From: an uncultured Gammaproteobacteria bacterium
GTDB taxonomy: Bacteria > Patescibacteriota > Patescibacteriia > VMEV01 > CAYQCH01
Length of the DNA: 64,000 bases
Reading direction: 5' to 3'
Assembly (NCBI GenBank): GCA_964503955.1
Contig: CAZDCG010000002.1
Location: forward strand, 269,047 to 333,046
The notes beneath the pieces are model-generated. The model was not told where the DNA came from, made no database searches, and saw nothing but the letters and a program-made list of their open reading frames with translations. Positions 59,101 through 64,000 of this stretch are shown one piece after another (position 1 is the first letter of the stretch; each line of letters starts with the position of its first letter). A program made the position numbers and the translations under genes.

Positions 59101-62100
59101 CATTTGTGGGGTGCACGGAAAGACCGCCAAACCACCAGAAGTCCTCATAGTCAGAACCACCGACATATGTCGTAAACAAAACAGTATCGATATCTTCATT
59201 TAGCTTGACGACATACACATCAGCCAAATCCGTGTCAGGAGTTGTATCAAATCCTTGAATCACTCCGGGATACTTGGTGGAGAATGTGTCGCTTGCATAA
59301 CTTGCTCCTCCAATATAGACATTTCCATTCTCATCAACAGCTCCATTTGATGGATAGTCATCCGAATTACCACCGAGATAGGTTGAAACAAGTGCGGTGC
59401 CTGCCGTAGAATCAAGTTTTGTGATAAAAATGATGTGATCCGAGCCGGGGTTCGTTGCCTGGATGGGATTTACCATCGGAAAATTAGTTGAACTGGTCCG
59501 CCCCATCACAACCGGGTTTCCATTCGTGTCAAATCCAATCGCATTGCCAATATCTTGACCAGAACCTCCTAAAAAAGTGCCGTAAGAAATAACCTCTACA
59601 AGATCAACCGTGAATGTGCCCATCGGGGTCCAATCCCCTGTAAGATCCTCATCGTCCCCCTGCGCGCACCATGCATAGGAATTCCCATCCACAAGGGCTC
59701 CACTGACAACGGTTGCATCTGTAAATGCACTCACGACCTGGCTGCTTCCTGAAAAAACGATATTGATATCATTCACGCAGTCTGTGGTTGTACCGCTTGA
59801 AACGCGAACATGGATTAAACCAGAATCCTTTGCGTCGAAGTCGCGGAAATTGGCAACCAGAGAAGGGGTGAGTGAAATTACATTCGCTCCGTTGCTGGGA
59901 GACACCAGAACGGGGGCGGATGGAGCCTCATTCTTTGTACTGGCCTTGATGATGATACCATCCCAACTGCCACCCCGATGAGTTGGCTGGATCACACCGC
60001 TGGTCGCCATCCCTCCGGAGTTGGTGGAACCGACGATATAAGCGACTTCATTATCATCAACAAAAAGTCCGCCACCGCTATCGTATCCATACCCTCCGCT
60101 CATAACATAAAAAGACGAAAAGATCAGATCACCATCAGAGCTCAGCTTTGTCAGAAGAATATCGGTGAATGCACGGGGCTTTGTCCAAATTGCATCAGCC
60201 GTCGTAGGAAAATCATCTGAACTGCTTGCCCCTACTGCGTAAATATTTCCTGATGCATCCAAGGTAACAGCACTAAAACTCTCATCTTCAGCTCCGCCAA
60301 CATACGTCGAGAAAAGCAGGGATCCCGCTCCGCTGCTATTTGTATTAAATTTAGCAATGAAGGCTTCTTGGCCCCCATTATATGTGTTGTCATACGCATT
60401 AACGGTTGGGAATCCCGATACGGTCGTATAGCCAGCAATCACAGCCTCGCCACTATCATTGGCCGCAATTCCGTATGCAAATGAAACCGAGGCCGTGTTC
60501 ACACCGAGGGCGGAAGAATACATTAAAGAAGAACCTGTAGAATCAAAACGAGCAATAAAAGCATCTGATGATGAATTTTCTGTTGCAGCCATGTAACGGC
60601 CTGCGGTGGTTGGAAATGTCGCGTCGCGGGTTTCTCCAGCAATATAAATCGTGTTGCTTGAATCAAGCGCAATGTCATACGCCGCATCAACTCCTTCGCC
60701 ACCCAGATAGGTCGCGAACAAAAGTGCAGATCCTGCCGAATTCATCTTGGCGACAAATACGTCCGAATCACCACCATTATAAGTACTGTCATAAACGCCT
60801 AAAGATATTGGAAAGTTCCCCCAAAGCATATCCTCGCTGGATCCTGTTGAACCCGTGATATAGATGCTGCCAGAATCATCAACGGCAACGGCACGTATTG
60901 TTTCAGGCAAATCGCCACCAAACGCCGTTGAAAAGGATAAAGAATTACCATCGGCAGACAATTTGGTAATGAAGCCGTCAGTGTTCAACGTGTCAGACGG
61001 TGTTGTATCATAAGCGCCTACCGTTGTGGGGAAATCTTGAGAATTCGTCCAGCCGCCAATGATGAGCTCACCGCTATCGAGAAGGACAATATCAAGTGCC
61101 AAATCACTTTTTGCACCCCCCAGATAGGTTGAATAGATGACCGGTGAAGTGGCCGTGGAATTGATTTTGACGACGAAGGCATCTCGGGAACCGCCAAAGG
61201 TTTCGTCATAATGTCCCGCGACAGAAAACCAGTTGGTGGAGTACGTTTCCCCTGCAATGTACGCATTCCCGTCATCATCCACTTGAACAGAATAAGCATA
61301 ATCATTCGCGTTTCCTCCAAGATAGGTGCTGTAGTAGACACGAGGATCAATGACGAGCTCATGAGCAGGGTCATAGCTTCCAAGTTTAAACCCGTAGCTT
61401 AAAATGCCGTTCAGCTGATATTCAACCTCAACAGGCACTTTCTCTCCGTTAATCATCTGATAAGCTTCAGGTTTTTTGATGCCTATATCGCCGAAGTCAG
61501 AAACAAGGGCCAAGGAACCGTCTTCGGCGATCCGTAAACGATCGATTCCTTCAAATGAAACACCGATGGGCGATGGATCAGCGTTGGGCGCGACATGGTA
61601 ATCGAATTTAAGAGCACCGTCTTTGCCTGAGTAGACGAGATCAATCCCTTCGTAGAGCTGATTGTATCGAATCCTTTCGTATGTCGGCACGTTCTTTTGC
61701 CACTTGGTGGGATCATTGCCAAGCAAATAATTTACGACCCCCGGCATCTGCGCTTCGCTTGTAATTTCGGAATTCTTATTCGCACCATTAAATACCTGTT
61801 TAATAGCAAGTGTTTCCACTTTTTCATCATCCCGATTCTCCGGCCTTTTTCGCCGAGGTTCACGCTCTATGTCCTCTTCCTCCTGAGAAATACGTCGCGT
61901 CAAGGCATACATGACATGGTCCGGCGCAAAAAAGATCGTTTGCCCCTGATTTTTGACCAAAAACTTCACTACCTCATCCACCTGTCCTCGATTCTCTTGA
62001 AAACTGAGCGAGAGCCCGCTCAAGAGCTGTTGAACCTGATCATCAGAAACAGGTGCCGCTTGTTTGTCGAAAGTCAGACGTTCACTTTTGTACAGATACC

Positions 62101-62182
62101 CAATCACAAAAACGATAGCCAAAATGACTATCGCCGCCAACCACGCGAAGATGTTTTTTCTGAAAAATCTGTGGGCTTTCAT
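53168..62182 (-). CDS. Giant surface protein D (3004 aa): SBBP-associated N-terminal domain, 3 SBBP propellers, Cys-pair spacers, poly-Gly hinge, Fn3 pair, DUF11-like, more divergent C-terminal membrane module
   Basis: N-terminus paralogous to B (PVSDDQVQQLLSGLSLSFQENRGQVDEVVK), Fn3/DUF11 region paralogous to A (HDRVQYEW, GQSAVQFEL, YVKAHILNNG...YIPGSLRVNG). Confidence 0.9.
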   Translation of the reverse strand: MKAHRFFRKNIFAWLAAIVILAIVFVIGYLYKSERLTFDKQAAPVSDDQVQQLLSGLSLSFQENRGQVDEVVKFLVKNQGQTIFFAPDHVMYALTRRISQEEEDIEREPRRKRPENRDDEKVETLAIKQVFNGANKNSEITSEAQMPGVVNYLLGNDPTKWQKNVPTYERIRYNQLYEGIDLVYSGKDGALKFDYHVAPNADPSPIGVSFEGIDRLRIAEDGSLALVSDFGDIGIKKPEAYQMINGEKVPVEVEYQLNGILSYGFKLGSYDPAHELVIDPRVYYSTYLGGNANDYAYSVQVDDDGNAYIAGETYSTNWFSVAGHYDETFGGSRDAFVVKINSTATSPVIYSTYLGGAKSDLALDIVLLDSGELIIGGWTNSQDFPTTVGAYDTTPSDTLNTDGFITKLSADGNSLSFSTAFGGDLPETIRAVAVDDSGSIYITGSTGSSEDMLWGNFPISLGVYDSTYNGGDSDVFVAKMNSAGSALLFATYLGGEGVDAAYDIALDSSNTIYIAGETRDATFPTTAGRYMAATENSSSDAFIARFDSTGSSLMYSSALGVNTASVSFAYGIAANDSGEAVIAGYTTVSGFPTVNAYDNTYNGGQEAFIAKFNTNSSGAGSLLFSTYVGGAEDESFSAVTLDASGNIYAVGASSSDDFPTTADAIWTKPRAFTDILLTKLSSDGDLIFSSFYVMSGGYGYDSGGGLFVDDNEVAYIVGSTNSGGMATSGVIQPTHRGGSWDGIIIKASTKNEAPSAPVLVSPSNGANVISLTPSLVANFRDFDAKDSGLIHVRVSSGTTTDCVNDINIVFSGSSQVVSAFTDATVVSGALVDGNSYAWCAQGDDEDLTGDWTPMGTFTVDLVEVISYGTFLGGSGQDIGNAIGFDTNGNPVVMGRTSSTNFPMVNPIQATNPGSDHIIFITKLDSTAGTALVSTYLGGNSDDYPSNGAVDENGNVYIGGASYASDTFSTKYPGVIQGFDTTPDTDLADVYVVKLNEDIDTVLFTTYVGGSDYEDFWWFGGLSVHPTNGRVAITGITYSSDFVLTPNAFDTVGDGPDESYNGDAFITIIDTTQSGAASLVYSSYVGGSGFDESWTTVFDENGHVYVTGDTCSADFVTTAGAFDTTVDDSNCDAFLIRIDPNGTNITSLAYSTMIGGSNGWDYAYGVAMGPDGDVFTCGETNSSDFPTTAGAYATSLSGAGDAFVMKFNTAGNGNADLSYGTLIGDVNNDWCIDLRVHTDGVVYFQGKSNSLAFPTTDGAFSSDPLSLVIVKLHPGSQGADDLIYSTYFGSTGTDNGMGVALDDAGNFYITGNTNDPNFPSTAGVFQSAKSGGADAYFVKLALAPENIAPSAPIDLYSNNDSAQAGASNPAGIADTTPAFSAICRDGNPGDIMNLYQIQVDDQNDFSSTIWDSGALGTAMADCVAGSRSQDIHYGGDPLLLDGTTYYWRIRFWDDEGLVGVWSEDPLSTNAFTMAVPNTSPSEPTDLYVDDTDAQQGSANPTGILHPTPAFSAICNDNVGDTLNKYRIQVDNDNDFSSVLWDSGASGTAMADCASGARSADITYGGTPLADDGATYYWRIKFWDDEGTEGPFSTEEAMFTMGDGYDGFATYFGGNANDQLLGIGLDTSDNIIMIGTTFSADFPADAGLQEDLSGMQDGILAKLSADGSSVLVATYFGGSDHDPVRAGRVDASGNVYIAGATSSADVFATHTPNTSGFDMTYSGNDDVYLAKLNADLDEVLFGTYVGGSGEDEMGWKSMRVDDNGIVYLAGRTTSADLPLTGNAFDSTGDLANNDGFIMKIDTNETGMASLLYSTYVGGSGNDLISGINFDDNGNIYIAGETASADFPALTAGAFDTTVDTVNADGFVLKIDPTGTDVTSLVYGTIVGSDNDYDGAYDVVAESPSGDLFVCGMTYDPAFVTTAGSFDETHNGSGDMFIYQLTLGGNGADDLVYGSFLGGAGDGWCTEMTLDGDTLVFSGSYESGFPVTDNAYQDINAGSFDYVAGRFAPEGNGACDLVYASYFGGSGEEYDQGATYVADTNVLYVAGETTSSDMPVSGGYFSSVAFGGNDGFGFSTEIPSSAGAGCGGGGGGGGGSSIQRIQTQSLSTPTIVSVRTTGHDRVQYEWGYSTTGHSGFYLLDQQQTILEIVNEAQVRTVVESGLPHNTLIEGRRVAAFVGSTRGTSSQTFPSVYTHMTSVTLTQISRVDDRIRVGVTEELNHLTSGQSAVQFELMPADSVSGSAIIASDWIQASTYVFENTDRDQAYYARVRARNYDGVETDWSNNVMISAQEFQAPIELLVDLQVTTADGRSISGPVNPNELLYVKAHILNNGALQARNVLLTVPLPPYLSYIPGSLRVNGVRNSEIPDGDAGQFTQETVAGIWPTLDFGFGHTLSFILAFDTQSMLRDFLDDDSQIDENRLPKEPLRAPVVTREDLFQLLQNISVESGDTSEIREALAAAGPQLQLQAIASEDSTTEPTYSNIVVAEPELNSFVTTEDVVEEPVAPPTKEEVVVIEDILQPDKPSQPTQPSPQVGNTDVTTGPGTFELETQGGTAFLGVSGNAVTNGDGVEFSGTTTEPFTTVTIIINDTVTMIVTSDASGQWRTFVSADDIGLLPGQSRQIRVEAIAAKGELRSEQVVVGLVNVTRLTEDVITTDFTDVDVKTTGFIGAVQQVQQVIEEQQQTIQTSLSVTAPVVLVASAPLWGYLPYVPTLLYHFFTYLIGLLGRKKKQDRRFYGTVYDSITKQPLALAIIRIYNKETNKLVSTQVSDKQGRYEALLEPANYRLEVTKPTYTFPSQIVTSEIGGNYHAYSNEQGIIVQEQDLVIPDVPLDPVNAQRQWQLSSGLKKLWMLLQKVGNYLAVPVLFIGSLASILVVITVPDNWINWLLAIVYVGMLSAQLELRVHAQKAWGVVYDLATNAVLPLATVQLIDPQYGKVVTSRLTDYQGRYSFMPEPGKYVIKANKPGYEQVREVVEAPDDQHHPIPPEIEVQKTNERITGDVPMTSRG

Positions 62183-62244
62183 GCTTGTATTTTATCTAAA
62201 TCATTCCCGATTTGAAAGAACAGATATGCACAGCTTTGAATGCG

Positions 62245-63999
62245 CTATGCCTGCCGTAACCCAAGATCACCCTTGATACTTTCCCCCTCTCTTTCAATGA
62301 TGATTTGCGATGGCAGCGTCTGACGATCTTTTGGAGCTTCTATCGTCTCTGATTGCTGAAATCCTGGTTTTTCCGCCTTCAACACATATTTTCCAGGCTC
62401 AGGAGCGAATCGGAACCGGCCCTGGTAATCGGATAGCCTTGAAGCGACGACTTTGCCGAATGCCGGATCAATCAGCTGAAGATTCACCAGAGGCAAAGGC
62501 GCATTGGTGACGATATCGTAAACAATCCCCCAAGCCTTTTCAGGCTTTTGACGGAGTTTCAGCTGCAACAAGAACATCAGCACGTAAGCGACGGACAAAA
62601 TCCAGTTGATTGGATTCTCAGGGACTGCCGCCACAACAACAACTGACGCAAGCGAACCCACAAAAAGCAATGGAAGCGCGAGGAAATGGCCTGCTTTCTG
62701 CAATGTGAGCCACAATTTCTTTAAGATATTTGCTGTCTGCCACTTCTGTTCCGCATTGATTGGGTCCATTGGCAAGTCCGGAACAATCAATTCAGTTGTT
62801 TGGTCCGTAATCTCAATGCCACCCTGGTAGACATGGTCATACTGTCCGTCTTGTGAGATACCTGACAGAATCGATGACGGGAAAGTATATTCTGGCTTCT
62901 TGACCTCAATGCGGTATGAACCAGGTTCGAGAAGCGCATCATACTTTCCTTGTTTATCCGTCACAAACGTAGAAACGAGACGTTCAGATTCACCATCTTT
63001 CTTGTAGAGACGGATGATTGCCAAGGCGAGCGGATCTTTTGTAATCGCATCATAAGCCACACCAAAGAAGCGCTGCTGGCCTTTCTTGCGTCTTCCAATC
63101 AAGCCGACAAGATATGTAATCGCGTGATACAGCAAGGTTGGCAGGTATGGGAGATACCCCCATAAAGGAGCGGATGAGATGACCACCACGGGAGCGGCAA
63201 CCGTCAATGTTTGCTGGATTTGCTCCTCATTGCGTTCAACCGTTTTCACAAGCTCTTTGACCGCAAGACGAACGGCAGTAAGGGCCTGACTTGATGAGAC
63301 AATAGATGAAAATTCGGCAAGGACAGAACCGTCTGCAGCATGGGAGAGAACAAAATCTCCGACATGGACAATTTCGCTTCGCGTGTCATTGACAGAAGCC
63401 ACGGCATCGATTCTGACCGTTTGATCCATTCCAAGGTCTATGCCAAGCTGTTCAGCGCTGACATAAGTTTGCCAGAACCCTGAGGCATCTGTACGAACAA
63501 TAACAGAAACACCATTATTGAAGATTAATGTCATAACCGTGTCCGGCTGAGATGACCGGCCAATAAACTCAATCTGATCTCCTGTAACACGAGCGGATCC
63601 TGTCACTTCAAAAATCGTTCTACGGCCATTATCGGCCTCGCTCACGGCAATAGCGAAACTCTTTCCGTCGCTTGAGCTTTGTGTTGACACCTCCCGGCCC
63701 TGATCAAGCCCTGCCCCACCATTTCCAATCATTCCCCCTATTTCGCTGGTTTCTTCGCCAATGAGTTGATGAATTCCATCAATTTGGCTTGTTTCATCTG
63801 CCGTTGGCGGCAAAACAGGTTCTTGATCAGCGGGCAGCATCACCGGCGGTTCTGGAGCCACAGGGAACGATGACAGGTCTACAAATAATATTTTTTGGGA
63901 TATCACAACTGACTCGGTCTCCTGCGCGCTAACACTTGCCTGTAAGATGTACGCTGCAATTTCGCTCTCGCCATCCTGCAATTGAGTTTGTTTCAGATC
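62245..63999 (-). CDS. Giant surface protein E, C-terminal part only (5' end outside the window)
   Basis: The frame stays open to the window edge (DLKQTQLQDGE...), so the track's TTG start is not the real start. Carries the same Ig-like domain and C-terminal module. Confidence 0.9.
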   Translation of the reverse strand, partial: DLKQTQLQDGESEIAAYILQASVSAQETESVVISQKILFVDLSSFPVAPEPPVMLPADQEPVLPPTADETSQIDGIHQLIGEETSEIGGMIGNGGAGLDQGREVSTQSSSDGKSFAIAVSEADNGRRTIFEVTGSARVTGDQIEFIGRSSQPDTVMTLIFNNGVSVIVRTDASGFWQTYVSAEQLGIDLGMDQTVRIDAVASVNDTRSEIVHVGDFVLSHAADGSVLAEFSSIVSSSQALTAVRLAVKELVKTVERNEEQIQQTLTVAAPVVVISSAPLWGYLPYLPTLLYHAITYLVGLIGRRKKGQQRFFGVAYDAITKDPLALAIIRLYKKDGESERLVSTFVTDKQGKYDALLEPGSYRIEVKKPEYTFPSSILSGISQDGQYDHVYQGGIEITDQTTELIVPDLPMDPINAEQKWQTANILKKLWLTLQKAGHFLALPLLFVGSLASVVVVAAVPENPINWILSVAYVLMFLLQLKLRQKPEKAWGIVYDIVTNAPLPLVNLQLIDPAFGKVVASRLSDYQGRFRFAPEPGKYVLKAEKPGFQQSETIEAPKDRQTLPSQIIIEREGESIKGDLGLRQA

Positions 64000-64000
64000 A

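Noticed and set aside
31320-61340. GGxGxD motifs as RTX/T1SS repeats
   Set aside because: They occur singly, once per ~60-aa SBBP blade, not as tandem nonapeptides. The proteins have N-terminal hydrophobic helices and no T1SS genes are nearby.
644-63434. Numerous 60-250 aa plus-strand and alternate-frame ORFs in the track
   Set aside because: They lie antisense to or inside well-supported genes and have no recognisable motifs, so they are treated as shadow ORFs. Only 7305-7532 was kept.
1-64000. Genetic code 25 (TGA = Gly) as in Gracilibacteria/Absconditabacteria
   Set aside because: Conserved genes such as greA and holB end at TGA at their expected lengths, and 9 kb ORFs contain no in-frame TGA.

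Overview
The window has two parts, and nearly every gene is on the minus strand. Gene content, tight gene overlaps and scarce Shine-Dalgarno motifs suggest a Patescibacteria (CPR, Parcubacteria/ABY1-like) genome using the standard code; this is inference. Part one (1-28.6 kb) is a housekeeping and envelope block: a probable serS - alpha/beta hydrolase - membrane-anchored murF-like - DegT aminotransferase - FemAB - ftsQ-like operon, then a cytidyltransferase, lysS, greA, mreB-mreC-mreD-mrdA, proS, rseP, frr, a BNR lipoprotein, holB, a second mreB, a DUF4012-like protein, three GT2 glycosyltransferases, a lipoprotein cyclophilin and uvrC. Part two (28.6-64 kb) is a tandem array of at least five paralogous giant surface-protein genes (3018, 2570, 2502 and 3004 aa, plus one cut by the window edge). 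Each complete gene combines a variable N-terminal head and SBBP-type beta-propellers joined by Cys-pair Ig/Fn3-like spacers. All five share a conserved ~330-aa C-terminal module with three predicted membrane spans and two carboxypeptidase-regulatory-like domains. The paralogs share a ~1.35 kb near-identical tract and shorter identical patches, which points to ongoing recombination. This array is the best candidate for an undescribed system. No tRNA, rRNA, CRISPR array or mobile element was recognised. All domain calls are from motif recognition by eye, not database searches.
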